64,000 bases of DNA from an uncultured Candidatus Binatia bacterium (GCA_965213675.1 OZ243916.1:2816001-2880000); one strand, 5' to 3'; numbered from the stretch's first letter, positions 53,041-63,224 are shown. Notes: a model not told the origin generated them from the letters alone. Program-made: numbers and translations.

Positions 53041-55449
53041 TCAGAACGCCCAGCGCCAGCCGCCCAGGAAGGTCAGTTCGGGGGCGGCGTCCTTGCGGTG
53101 CCCGGGGCGGTGGCTGTACACGGCGCCCAGGCGAAGCTCACCCTTGGGCAGAGGCCGGAGCCATTCGCCGGAGAAGTCCACCTGCCGGGCGCTCGGGGCC
53201 AGGCCAGCGCTCACCGCGTCGTACGACACCGCCCCGGACTTCGTGCGGCTCACCGGCACGGTCAAGGACGCCCGCCCGCGCTCCACGCGCAGGGGCTGCG
53301 ACACGGAAAGGCGCAGCGTGCCGGCGTGGGCCAGCGCCCGGCTCGCGCGCAGCGTGAACGCGCTGGTGGCCAGCGACGACACCCGGTCCACCAAGCCCGC
53401 GCGCGCGTCGGGCACGACGATGCCCACCTCGGCGTTGACGCCGATGCGCCACCGGCCCAGCGCCGTGTGCGCGTCCAGCCCCAGGAAGGACGTGTCCGCC
53501 GCCAACCCGCCGAACCCACCTTCTCCCACGCTCCCCAAAAGCGTCCTGGGCTCGCCGATCCAGCCGGCCCGCATGCCCCAGGGCGACCCCATGCGCCGCC
53601 AGTTCAGCGCCGCCCCCACCGTGGGCCGCTGTCCCGGCGTGGTGAACGCGGCCACGGACACGCCTCCCCGCGCCGCCAGAGTCGCCTGCACCGCCCCCGC
53701 GGCCAGCGACATGTGGCTGCCCCGGACCTCGGCCGACGCTTCCACGCGGTTGGCGTACAGCGTGATGGGCGCCGCGTCGCCGGCACGACCGCCTCGGTCC
53801 CCCGGCGCGTGGAGCGCGTGACGCGGCTGTGCCGCACCCGCGGGCGCCGCGGCACGTTCCAGGCTGCCCGCGCCCCGGTGTGAGGCAACGGGGTCGTCCG
53901 CACGACCCGGCCACGCTCGGTCGGGCGCCAGGAAGCCCCGCAGCCGCGCCGTCACCGATGGCCCGCCCGCGGCCCCGGCCAAGTCCCCCAGCCGGTACCA
54001 AAACGGCGCTCCCATCCGGTCCAGCGCCATGACCTCCCGCGACGCCAGCGACCGCCGGAGCCCGTCCCCAAACGCCGTCCCCGGGCTGATGGATGTGGAC
54101 AGCAAGCGGAACCCGCCCTGTCCCACGCGCGTGTCCACCGGAACCTCCAGCACCCCCACCGGCGAGGTTGCCGCGCCCAGGTCCATCGATCCCTGGCCGT
54201 AGACGGTCGCATCGGCGTAGAAGCCGGTCTTGTCGGCGGTCTCGAACAACCGGGTCACCAGGTCCGTGTTCGCCAACTGATCGCGGAAGAGTTGCTTCAT
54301 GATGGCGAGCCCGCCGGACACCATGGGGGCGGCCAACGAGGTCCCTCGGGTCTCCAGAAAGTCCCGACTGTCGAAACCACCCACCGCCGGACCGAAATAC
54401 GCGGCGGTGACACCGGCGCCCGGGGCGGCGATGCAGTAGTCCGCGGCCAAGCCGCAACGATTGGAAAAGTAGGCGATCTTCCCGTCGGCCGGGTTCAGGG
54501 CGATGACCGCGATGGAGTGGCCTTGCAGCTCCTCGATGCGTGCCGCAAGCCCCGGCAGAATGTCCACCGACGTGGCGTTCAGCGCCCAATGCGGACAGTT
54601 CTCTGTGGTGGCCGGGTGGCAAAGATCACCGTGGGAGTTGCCCGCCGCCCACACGAGAATGGCCTTTTCCCCGGCGTCCGCCTGGGCCAGAGCCGCGAGG
54701 GTGCTGCCGTAATGGGCGCGCAGGCCCTCCTCGGTATAACCGTCGATGATCCCCTGATAGCCGAAACTCAGGTTCAGGATGTCCACCTTGCGGTCGCCGT
54801 CGCGCCAGGACAGCACCTGCTGGTACAACGCCGTGTCCTCGGCATCCACCAAAGACAACACATCCACGGGAATCGGCCGGTAGATGCCGTCACCTTGGCC
54901 CAGGGTCAGGGCGAACATGGCGATGTCCGCCCCCCAGGCCACGCCGTGGTGGGCATAGGGTATGCCGGTGCGCGCCCCGGCCGCGACGCTGGCCACCGCG
55001 GTTCCGTGGGAAATGCCCTCTTCTTCGGAGCCCGTCTCGTCCACAGCGCCAGGAGTGAACTCCTCGGTGACGGTCCGATTCCCGTTCCCCGCAATGGACG
55101 GATGCTCCAGGTCGATGCCCGTGTCGATGAACCCGATGGTCACGCCCGCCCCAGGCTCGGCCTCCGGCCCCTTCACCAAGGCCAGGTTGCCGTAGGCCTC
55201 ATCCGCTTTGATGTGCGTCAGACCCCACTGGTTCTGAAATCCCGGCGCCTCGCGGTACTTCTCGCTCTCCTCCGCCGCGGCAGCCTTCACCGCCTCGGGC
55301 TCGACGCACTCACCGCCCTGCACCTCGATGCACTTGTCCGGAGCGAGCTGCGAACGTCCGCCAATGTTGCCGCAGCCGGCGAGACCGAGCACCAGAAAAA
55401 GGAGGACGAGAAACGTGAGTGCGGCCGTGAACCGGGAATGGTGTGACAT
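53041..55449 (-). CDS. S8 subtilisin-like serine protease lipoprotein with C-terminal beta-barrel-like domain
   Basis: Lipobox LAGC; catalytic IDTG, HGT, AAGN, GTSLAAP; terminal WRWAF. Confidence 0.88.
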   Translation of the reverse strand: MSHHSRFTAALTFLVLLFLVLGLAGCGNIGGRSQLAPDKCIEVQGGECVEPEAVKAAAAEESEKYREAPGFQNQWGLTHIKADEAYGNLALVKGPEAEPGAGVTIGFIDTGIDLEHPSIAGNGNRTVTEEFTPGAVDETGSEEEGISHGTAVASVAAGARTGIPYAHHGVAWGADIAMFALTLGQGDGIYRPIPVDVLSLVDAEDTALYQQVLSWRDGDRKVDILNLSFGYQGIIDGYTEEGLRAHYGSTLAALAQADAGEKAILVWAAGNSHGDLCHPATTENCPHWALNATSVDILPGLAARIEELQGHSIAVIALNPADGKIAYFSNRCGLAADYCIAAPGAGVTAAYFGPAVGGFDSRDFLETRGTSLAAPMVSGGLAIMKQLFRDQLANTDLVTRLFETADKTGFYADATVYGQGSMDLGAATSPVGVLEVPVDTRVGQGGFRLLSTSISPGTAFGDGLRRSLASREVMALDRMGAPFWYRLGDLAGAAGGPSVTARLRGFLAPDRAWPGRADDPVASHRGAGSLERAAAPAGAAQPRHALHAPGDRGGRAGDAAPITLYANRVEASAEVRGSHMSLAAGAVQATLAARGGVSVAAFTTPGQRPTVGAALNWRRMGSPWGMRAGWIGEPRTLLGSVGEGGFGGLAADTSFLGLDAHTALGRWRIGVNAEVGIVVPDARAGLVDRVSSLATSAFTLRASRALAHAGTLRLSVSQPLRVERGRASLTVPVSRTKSGAVSYDAVSAGLAPSARQVDFSGEWLRPLPKGELRLGAVYSHRPGHRKDAAPELTFLGGWRWAF

Positions 55450-55774
55450 GGGGCCCCCCCTGTGATCTGGCTGTGTTTGAACATCGGCCTGTCCAACGGG
55501 CACTTTATCGAATCATGCAGACTTTGCATAATCCGTCCGTTGTTCAGGACTTCCACGTCAAGGGACGATTCAACGAGAGGGTAACGCTCATCAAACAACA
55601 AGACTCCAATGTTGCAATCGCCGAACAGGATGAGGGATATGGTAAGCAATAGGCAAGGGGCTTTTGGGAAGGGAAAGGGAGCTGCCGCTTACGCTCACGG
55701 TAGGTGAGGTCAAGCGGCAGGCGGTCTCGAAGAGAAAAGGCGAGCCGAAAAATATCTCTGCGAGATGGGAGAGG

Positions 55775-56071
55775 TTAGAGAAATTTGACGAGGGCGACGA
55801 TCAGACCGCCTTGGGCGATCATCCCACCGAACAGCCATTTCACAAGGTCTGCCTTCACCCCCGCGATGGTGGCGACGGTTTCGTGCCGTAAGGCCTCTAT
55901 GCCGGCCTTGGTTTCTTGCCGCAGGGATTCTATGTCCGCTTTAGTGGCGAGGTTGGAGTTGAGGAGAGCGACATGCTCTTCGGCAAGCGTCTCGGCCTGC
56001 TTCTCGGTGAAGCCGCTCTCGGTCAAGCGCTTGACGAAGCGGTGAGTGTCGAAGGCGATGGCCTCGGTCAT
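55775..56071 (-). CDS. DUF1640/CCDC90-like coiled-coil membrane-anchored protein
   Basis: FDTHRFVKRLTESGFTEKQAE, LATKADI, C-terminal KW plus TM helix. Confidence 0.8.
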   Translation of the reverse strand: MTEAIAFDTHRFVKRLTESGFTEKQAETLAEEHVALLNSNLATKADIESLRQETKAGIEALRHETVATIAGVKADLVKWLFGGMIAQGGLIVALVKFL

Positions 56072-56204
56072 AATTTCATAATAGCTATTCCACCGGCGGA
56101 GGACAAGAACCCCGACATCTCCAGCAGCTCCTTGCAACGTTGGGGTAGGGTTACCGAAATATTACGAAACGTCATTGCCCAGCGACGACGAATGGTGAGC
56201 GGAG

Positions 56205-57584
56205 CTAGAACTGCCGCACAAACCGTAGCTCTCCGCTGGTCCTCCGGTAGTCGTAGAGCTGAGCATTGGTTTCCCGGACCTCTCGCACCACGGACAGTTG
56301 CGGGCTGAAGCCGAACAGCGTGAAGCCCCGGTTCAGGACCGACGCTCGCAGCGTCAGGGTCTCGTCCTTTCGCACCACACCGGAAGGTGTATGGGGCGGC
56401 CAGCTTGCTTCGTAGTCCGTCCAGCGGTATCCGGCGGTCCCGGACAGGTTGAACCCGTAAGGCAGCACCAGCGACACACCCGTCTGGAGCCATGTATTCT
56501 CGTTGCGATTGCGCAAGCTCAGCGGCCGGTCCCGGCCGTGCCCGACGGTGAGATTCGCCCGCACGGTCGGCCTGACCACCCAGCTTGTGTTGACGGAAAT
56601 ACTCCTCACGGGGCCGTCCAAGGCCTTGTTGGTGTAGTACCGCCGGTCATGCCAGGAAGCATTGCCGGCCAAGGTGAGCCGCCTCGCCAACCGGTGCCTC
56701 ACCTGCAAGCGCGCTCCCAGGTCAAAGTAGTCCCGCTTGTTGCCGGTCCACTGATTTCGCCAATTGGCCAACACACTGAACTGCGTGCTGCGGGAAGCCA
56801 GCACCCGCGGCCCCGCGTGAACCGACACCAGCAACTTGTTGAACTCGTCCTTCGAGTACTCCCGACTCGACAGGTCCGCACCCATGCGGAGCCGGAGCCG
56901 TTCCCCCACCGGATGGTGGTATTCTCCGCCGCCCCAAACCGAAAGGCCGACCCCCGATGTCGTGAGGTTTTCCGAGTCTCGCCTGAACGGCAGTCCAAAG
57001 ATCTCAATGACCCGGGCGTCCGACTGGCCCCCGATGTTCGTGTCCGGCGCCAAAGCAAAACCCATATTGACGCTCCAGCGCCGGCGTGCCCGAATGCGCC
57101 ACAGGAAACTACGCACGTTGGCAATTACCGGAGCTGGAGGGTCCCCGGCGAGAACGCGCTCGAAGTGTTCCTTGGCGAGATCGTCCTCCCCCAAATTAAA
57201 AAAGGCCCGCGCCAACTCCAGTCGCACCCGCACCAACCCCGGCTCCCCAACCAACAGACCGCGGAACGCCCCAATGGCCTCTTCAAGAAGAACCGCGGCC
57301 TCACCCTCGTCCCGTCCCCCAGACTGTTGGGCGGCCTCCAAGGCAGCCAGACCGCGCAGAAATGCCACGTTCTTATCAAACCCCCGTTCCCGTACCAACC
57401 CCCGCAAAATTGCGAGAGCTTCGCGGTGGCGACCCTGGCTGATTAGGATTCGACTGTTCTGAACACCACGCTCAAAAACCCCTTCCGCCCCCGGAGCCGT
57501 GCGCTCGGGCTGCTGGGCCTCGGCCCCGAACACCCCCAACACCAGAACCGCGATCACTCCGAAGACTACCCTGTTGAGTTCCAT
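56205..57584 (-). CDS. Surface lipoprotein assembly modifier (Slam/DUF560, type XI secretion)
   Basis: Signal peptide, TPR with RVRLELARAFF, APDTNI, beta-barrel, GFSPQL, C-terminal F; adjacent to TbpB-like lipoprotein. Confidence 0.85.
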   Translation of the reverse strand: MELNRVVFGVIAVLVLGVFGAEAQQPERTAPGAEGVFERGVQNSRILISQGRHREALAILRGLVRERGFDKNVAFLRGLAALEAAQQSGGRDEGEAAVLLEEAIGAFRGLLVGEPGLVRVRLELARAFFNLGEDDLAKEHFERVLAGDPPAPVIANVRSFLWRIRARRRWSVNMGFALAPDTNIGGQSDARVIEIFGLPFRRDSENLTTSGVGLSVWGGGEYHHPVGERLRLRMGADLSSREYSKDEFNKLLVSVHAGPRVLASRSTQFSVLANWRNQWTGNKRDYFDLGARLQVRHRLARRLTLAGNASWHDRRYYTNKALDGPVRSISVNTSWVVRPTVRANLTVGHGRDRPLSLRNRNENTWLQTGVSLVLPYGFNLSGTAGYRWTDYEASWPPHTPSGVVRKDETLTLRASVLNRGFTLFGFSPQLSVVREVRETNAQLYDYRRTSGELRFVRQF

Positions 57585-57689
57585 GCCTCGAACTTTCCCG
57601 CTAAATGCAAAGAGGGGGACAGCCAACCGACTGCCCCCCTCTCGCTGCGCCTTCCCTCAAAGGAAGAACTGTTGTTATCGCTTCGTAGG

Positions 57690-60600
57690 TTACGGCTTCA
57701 AATGAGCGCCGAAAGCGCCAACGAAACTTTCCGTTACCGCGTCATCCCCCGAGCCCGTGGTACTGCTGAGACCAAAGGTGCCGGCGGCAGCCTTCGGCGC
57801 GACGTGGGACTCGTCCACGTCCTCGGTATCTGTATCATTTGCCGTAGGGCCGAAAAACGACCCTTCCCATTTACCGTTGAACTTGTAGTGCGCGGCGCCC
57901 GGATCGCTCATCGCGCCCATAACGGCATCACCGCCCGTCCACGTAGCTTGGCCCTCAGTTAGTACAGTCCGCATCAGCAAAATACTATCGCCGTACTCTT
58001 CGCCGTCTACAAATATCCCGTCCACCGAGCCCTCAATCGTTCCCGGCATATCATCCGCCCCGAAGTTCGCCACCAGCGTCGCGGCACCGTCAAAGTATGA
58101 CACCGCCCCGCCAGTCTTGTGATGGGCACCGACGGCCTCTCCGACATATCTGGCTGCGCCCGTAACTTTGTTCGCCACGGGGGCCTCGTATTCCTCCGTG
58201 CCGCCTTTCGCAAACGCCCCGAACGTGTCAAGGCCACTGCTAGCTGCTTCAGCTAGCCATATCCCAAAGAGCAAGTAGTCTTCCTGATCATCGGCCTCGA
58301 CCGCGGTCACGGCACTCCTCGAGCCCGAAAAGCGGTATCCTGACATAGCGCTGACCATTACGGTGTCGTCATCTCCTGTTGTAAATGTCACCGAGCATTG
58401 TACGCCATCTGGACAAGTGAAACGCCCACTGAGATCGGGCGTAGCCTCGTTCTTATCGTCGTCGAAGTCGCCTGAGTAGACCTTGTCGGAAACGAAGCGC
58501 AACTTCTTGATATAGTCCAGATCCTCAAGTTCAATTTCCTTATTGTCGACACGCTTCGCCTGTACCCCAGTAACGGCCGCAATCTGCTTCTCCTTGTCGG
58601 AGAAGAGCAACAACTGGCTGTTGCCGTCAGTAGTGGGACCGGAAACGGAGAACCGATGCCTAAATGCGCCAGGCCCATCCTCTTTGTATTCCACCTTAGC
58701 CTCGTTGTCACCAAAGGTCACACCGGTAACGGTGACACTCGGCTCATCCTCCGTCCCCAGCCACGCTACGGTCCCGCTCACATCTGTACCTCTGTCCGTC
58801 GCCGCCGCCGTCAACGTCAACGCTGCGCCAACCCGCGCCGTTTCCTCCTCACGCAACTTGGCGGCAGTCTTCGTGACGGTATCTCGATCCGTGTCGTACA
58901 TATCCGCAGTAATGTCGTATGCATTCGCCTGCTTGAACAGATCAAGGACATGCTCGCCGGCAGCTTCCACCGCCATATCAGCATAGTTCTCCGCGTTCAT
59001 AGCAGCGGCTTTGGCGCTCAAGATGTCACCATCCGCTTCGCCATCGTAAGCCATCTTCGCATCGTCCCTATGCCCTTCCGCCTCCGTCTGATACGTCATC
59101 GCCTCAGTCGACATCATTGCGCCGGCGGCAGACGTGGAGGCGGCCATAGCGTCGGTACTCGCGTTCATGGCGCGAGTCGCCGCCGCGCGGGCAGCCGTGT
59201 ACGCTTTCATCGCCTCGTCTAGGGCAGCCTTCGCACCTTCCGAGTTCTTCCTCCCTCTCATCGCCTTTTCGTAAGCGTCTTGCGCTCGTTTTACCTCGCC
59301 ACCGGTACCATCCGCACCACCAGCCATGTCCGCCGCCGCTTTAGCGGCGTTGGAGTGCTCCATGGCTTTGTCGGCGGCCGTCTTCGCGGCGCCCTGTGCG
59401 GTCTTTAGCGCGACCGCCTCCCTGTCCGCCCTCAGCCGGTTAGCGATCATCTGATCGTCCTTGGCCTCAGCTTCGCTCTCCGCGGCGTGACCAGCCGCGG
59501 TCTCCGCGGCGGTCAAGTGCGTCTGCGCTTCGGCGGCGGTGGTAGCTCCCTGTGCCTTACTATTCGCCTCCTTGGCGTCGGCATAGTGACCCTCCGCCGC
59601 TTCAGCTGCGAGCACGAGGCGGGCATGAACGTCTCCGCCAACATCCTCGGCGTTTGTCGCGATGGTGCGCGCGGCTTCGGCACTTAGTTTTGCAGCCGCT
59701 TCAGCAGCAGCAGCGTCCGACTTGAGGTCGGCCAACGCCTTCGCATCACTCACCATGCCAGCATACTTATTGGCGTCGTCAAGAGCGTTGTCAGCGTCCA
59801 TCTTGGCGTTCTCAGCATTGCGCTGATGAATCATCGCCACGCTGGACTCGGTGGCGGCCTGCGCCATCCCGTTCGCCGCCTGGGCTGCGGCATGTGCCGC
59901 CATGGCGGCGTTCATTGCCTTAACGGCCTCATCGTATGCATCCGAGCCATCGTCCTCAAGCTCGCTTACAGCAGCCATGGCGTCGTCGTATGCCTTCTTA
60001 GCCGCGGCCTCGGCCTCCTGTGCTTTTTTCTTCGCGTCATCCAACGCCATCCGCTCGTCGTCGCCCGAGCCGGTCACCGCCCCCGCGGCGTTCTCGGCGA
60101 CCTCGCCGTAGCTCATCGCATCATCCCGGGCCGCTTCAACCTGGCCTTGATACATCTTCGCATCCGCCGACGTGGCGGCGGCCTGCGCCTTTGTGTTCGC
60201 GGCCATGGCGGCCATATAGGCGGCCTCGGCCTTGTCCAGGGCGCGCGTCGCTTCCGCGTACTTCAGGGCGTTGCTCGTCGCATCCGCCATCGCGTTATCG
60301 ACGGCCGCCTTCGCCTCGTTGTAGGCCGTCTCGGCTGCCGTTGCCGCGTCATTGGCCGCCATCTTGGCGGCGTTCAGCGCCATGGCCTCGTCGGCCTTCA
60401 TCTTGGCGTCGGCCACCATTCCGGCTTCAGTGGAAGCCTCGTCGCTGGCGGCTCGGGCTGCGTCCCGGGCGCCCTCGGCGGTCCTCTGCGCCTGTTCCGC
60501 CGCGGCGGAAGTAGTCGCGGCTTGCGCGGAGGAGTTCCACCTCACAGCATCCCTGTAGGCCGCGCCGGCCCGGTCGCGCGCGGCCACGGCGGCATTGTAG

Positions 60601-61196
60601 CTGTCCATGTCCGCGTCCTTGTCCGCTTCGATGTCCATTACCGCCTGCTTCGCGTCGTTGTAGGCCGTCATGGCTGCCATTTCCGCGGCCGCGGCCGCCA
60701 TCTGGGCGGCGCTCAGCGCGGTGGCTTCCTGTTCCTGGGCCTGCTTCGCTTGCGTTATGGCCGCAGCGTAACCCTCGGTATCCATCTGTGCCGCCTCGGC
60801 CCTCGCCTGCGCGGCCTCCGCATTGGCCTGAGCAGCCTCGGCCTCGCTTGACGTTCCAGCCGACTGAGCGGCCGCGTTGGCGGCCTTGGCGTCGTCGTAA
60901 GCGGCTGCGGCGCGATGCATCGCGGCCTCGGCGGCTACGTAGCTCGTGTTGTCAGCAGCCTTGTCCGCTTCGGCTCCCATGAAGGCCGTTTTCGCGGCTT
61001 CGTAAGCAGTCATTGCGGCCATCTCCGCCGCGGCCGCCGCATCCTGTGCGGCCTTCAAGTCGGCTGCTTCCTGAACCTCCGCCGGTGTCGGTCCCGGGTC
61101 GGGCTGTTCGGACGAACCACCGCTGCAGCCGTACAGCACCATGGAGAGTACGGCGGCAAGGCAGAGCGCCAACAGTTTGTTAGCTGAAGTAGACAT
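57690..61196 (-). CDS. Large surface lipoprotein: Ala-rich helical repeats plus C-terminal TbpB-like barrel
   Basis: Lipobox LYGC; YLLFGIWL, ARYVGEAVG, ATLVANFG, GKWEGSFFG, AAGTF, FVGAFGA; GGAG RBS. Confidence 0.85.
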   Translation of the reverse strand: MSTSANKLLALCLAAVLSMVLYGCSGGSSEQPDPGPTPAEVQEAADLKAAQDAAAAAEMAAMTAYEAAKTAFMGAEADKAADNTSYVAAEAAMHRAAAAYDDAKAANAAAQSAGTSSEAEAAQANAEAAQARAEAAQMDTEGYAAAITQAKQAQEQEATALSAAQMAAAAAEMAAMTAYNDAKQAVMDIEADKDADMDSYNAAVAARDRAGAAYRDAVRWNSSAQAATTSAAAEQAQRTAEGARDAARAASDEASTEAGMVADAKMKADEAMALNAAKMAANDAATAAETAYNEAKAAVDNAMADATSNALKYAEATRALDKAEAAYMAAMAANTKAQAAATSADAKMYQGQVEAARDDAMSYGEVAENAAGAVTGSGDDERMALDDAKKKAQEAEAAAKKAYDDAMAAVSELEDDGSDAYDEAVKAMNAAMAAHAAAQAANGMAQAATESSVAMIHQRNAENAKMDADNALDDANKYAGMVSDAKALADLKSDAAAAEAAAKLSAEAARTIATNAEDVGGDVHARLVLAAEAAEGHYADAKEANSKAQGATTAAEAQTHLTAAETAAGHAAESEAEAKDDQMIANRLRADREAVALKTAQGAAKTAADKAMEHSNAAKAAADMAGGADGTGGEVKRAQDAYEKAMRGRKNSEGAKAALDEAMKAYTAARAAATRAMNASTDAMAASTSAAGAMMSTEAMTYQTEAEGHRDDAKMAYDGEADGDILSAKAAAMNAENYADMAVEAAGEHVLDLFKQANAYDITADMYDTDRDTVTKTAAKLREEETARVGAALTLTAAATDRGTDVSGTVAWLGTEDEPSVTVTGVTFGDNEAKVEYKEDGPGAFRHRFSVSGPTTDGNSQLLLFSDKEKQIAAVTGVQAKRVDNKEIELEDLDYIKKLRFVSDKVYSGDFDDDKNEATPDLSGRFTCPDGVQCSVTFTTGDDDTVMVSAMSGYRFSGSRSAVTAVEADDQEDYLLFGIWLAEAASSGLDTFGAFAKGGTEEYEAPVANKVTGAARYVGEAVGAHHKTGGAVSYFDGAATLVANFGADDMPGTIEGSVDGIFVDGEEYGDSILLMRTVLTEGQATWTGGDAVMGAMSDPGAAHYKFNGKWEGSFFGPTANDTDTEDVDESHVAPKAAAGTFGLSSTTGSGDDAVTESFVGAFGAHLKP

Positions 61197-61706
61197 CTAT
61201 GCTCTCCTTTTCCCTAGAGTAAACTGAATCGCCATTTCCAATCGCTGCCACGGAGGCAGCGTCACGCCCGCGTTCGACCTGGCCGAAGACGCGGCCCCAG
61301 CCTGCGTCAAGGACCAAACCCTGGTCGCAGCATGTGTCCAACTCCTCGTTCCTTCGCTTTACCGATAACATAAAAAGGACCTTGTCCGGCTTTTGTACCA
61401 CCAAGCGGACCGTACGGCAACCCCCATATTTCGGAAATTTCTGGAAATCGGCGTAAATCCCATTCGCCCCGGAACCTTCGGGACGGGAAGCACTCGTGAA
61501 AACACTGGTGGATCATGGTCGCCACGGAACCCGGAAGTGCAGCAGAGATCAGTGTCTACCACCAAAGGATGGGTTTTGCAAGAAGGAAGTGGCGGCAGGA
61601 AGCAGGAAGTGGCGGCGCGGGGCTGGCGCCTCCGGGGAGACCGTGCCAACGTTTCGCTGGCGCCGGGTCGCCCCGTCATGCGCCACGGTCCCCGTCATGC
61701 GCGGCG

Positions 61707-62183
61707 CTATTTGACCTCCGGCGGCGCCGGAAGCCTGAGCAGGATGGTCTTGATGTCCTGGCGGATGGTCTTGATGTCGCCTTCGACCCGTTCAAAACGG
61801 GAGTCGATCTGCGCGAACCGGTCGTCGACTCGGCGAAATTTCTCGTCCACCAGATCGAACCGGGTGTTCATGACCTCCACCACCGAGTCGACACGGCCGT
61901 CGATCTTGTCATTCAGTTGCCCGATCCGGCTGTCAAACTTGTCGTTCAACAGCCCGATCTGGCTGTCGATCTTCTGATTCAGTTGCCCGATCTGGCTGTC
62001 GATCTTGTCGTCCAGTTGCTCGACCCGACCTTCCAGCCGGTTGATGTCGGGTTTGACCTGGACCTGTATTGCCCATACAGACAGACTCCCCAAGGCCGCC
62101 AACACCGCCACCGTGGCCGTAATCACACCGGAAAATTCCTTGAGTATCTTCACGCTATCCCTCCTTCGAGCGTCTGAAGCCAT
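61707..62183 (-). CDS. Membrane-anchored coiled-coil protein with 11-aa and 7-aa repeats
   Basis: N-terminal TM; KIDSQIGQLNQ / KIDSQIGLLND / KFDSRIGQLND (33-bp DNA repeats); start may be the GTG at 62153. Confidence 0.75.
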   Translation of the reverse strand: MASDARRRDSVKILKEFSGVITATVAVLAALGSLSVWAIQVQVKPDINRLEGRVEQLDDKIDSQIGQLNQKIDSQIGLLNDKFDSRIGQLNDKIDGRVDSVVEVMNTRFDLVDEKFRRVDDRFAQIDSRFERVEGDIKTIRQDIKTILLRLPAPPEVK

Positions 62184-62454
62184 CCTATACTTTCAAGATC
62201 GGTCGATCAAGGTTTTCCTTAGGCTGAAGTCCATCCGCGGCGATGAAATCCGCGGGTTCCGGGAACTCGGCGGAAGGGTCTCCGTGTCCGCGGCGCCAAG
62301 GCGGCAGCCTGGGTGTTGCCGTACCGGGACTTGCGGGTACTTGATTCAGGATCTCGTTTGACTTGTGCCCGCAAAAACCCGATAAAGAGACGAACTTGGG
62401 CCGTCCAGGAGCGGCCGCTTCCCACCGGAATTCACAACGCAAGGAGAAGATCCA

Positions 62455-62670
62455 TTGGCAACCTCCGTCACAGCCCCTATGGTTGGTAAGATATTGAGGA
62501 TCGAGGCGAACCCCGGCCAGGCCGTGGAAGAGGACGATGTGGTCATCGTCATGGAAGCCATGAAGATGGAGATTCCCGTGGTGGCGCCGGCTGGCGGGAC
62601 GGTCAAGGAAATCAAGGTCGAGGTGGGGCAGTCGGTGGAGGCGGGAGAGGATCTCGCCGAGATCGAATAG
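62455..62670 (+). CDS. Stand-alone biotin carboxyl carrier protein
   Basis: APMVGKI, EAMKME biotinylation motif; AAGGAG RBS, TTG start. Confidence 0.92.
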   Translation: MATSVTAPMVGKILRIEANPGQAVEEDDVVIVMEAMKMEIPVVAPAGGTVKEIKVEVGQSVEAGEDLAEIE

Positions 62671-62716
62671 CCACGCCGGCAGGCACGGCTTCGGCCCGGC
62701 GGGATTGAGATCGAAC

Positions 62717-62833
62717 ATGGGCACTTGGGAATTCGGCTTCACGGTGGCGCTGGTGGGCAGCGTCGGCACGCTGGTGGTGCTGTGGCTGCTGAGCCTGCTG
62801 ATTCTTCTCATCAAGAAAATATTTCCTGCATGA
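62717..62833 (+). CDS. OadG-like small membrane subunit (38 aa, not in ORF track)
   Basis: MGTWEFGFTVALVGSVGTLVVLWLLSLLILLIKKIFPA*; single TM between biotin carrier and beta subunit. Confidence 0.75.
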   Translation: MGTWEFGFTVALVGSVGTLVVLWLLSLLILLIKKIFPA

Positions 62834-62901
62834 CGACTCATTTCCTGCATGGTGACTTCCTGCATGGTGACTTCCTGCATGGTGACTTCCTGCATGATGA
62901 C
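62823..62901 (+). repeat. 15-bp tandem repeat TTCCTGCAT(G/A)..GAC, about 5 copies
   Basis: First copy is the 3' end of the oadG-like gene. Confidence 0.9.
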
Positions 62902-62941
62902 TCCGCCCCCGGCTCGTCAGTGTCGCTTCCCTGTTTTTTTG

Positions 62942-63224
62942 GTCATTCCCGCTTCTGTGTTTTTTGAGTCATTCCCGCGAAAGCGGGAAACCAGGAGAGG
63001 TGGGGCGGGACCCCTCCGCCGCCCCTGGATTCCCGCTTTCGCGGGAATGACTCAAACAGGGGGGCGGGGATGACTAGAAAAACAGGGGGGGCGGGGGAAT
63101 GACCAAATACAGAGCGGGGCGGGGATGACTAATACAGAGCGGGACGGGGATGACTGAACAGAGAGGGACGGGAATGGCTGAACAGAGAGGGACGGGGATG
63201 ACTGAACAGAGAGGCGGGGATGAC
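62942..63224. repeat. REP-like doublet followed by about 8 degenerate tandem CGGG(G/A)ATGAC-spacer units
   Basis: GTCATTCCCGCGAAAGCGGGAAACCAGG / CCTGGATTCCCGCTTTCGCGGGAATGAC, then 22-28 bp period repeats. Confidence 0.85.

Noticed and set aside
55450-55770. Short ORFs upstream of the S8 protease gene
   Set aside because: No motifs, conflicting frames; more likely a leader or promoter region.
61200-61700. Riboswitch or ncRNA upstream of the surface lipoprotein gene
   Set aside because: Short GGAAGTGGCGGC repeats and an AT-rich imperfect palindrome are visible, but no recognisable RNA family; a covariance-model search would be needed.
63042-63224. Possible CRISPR or guide-RNA array
   Set aside because: Conserved part only about 10 bp; spacers short and similar to one another; no cas or guide-binding gene nearby; derivable from the REP end.
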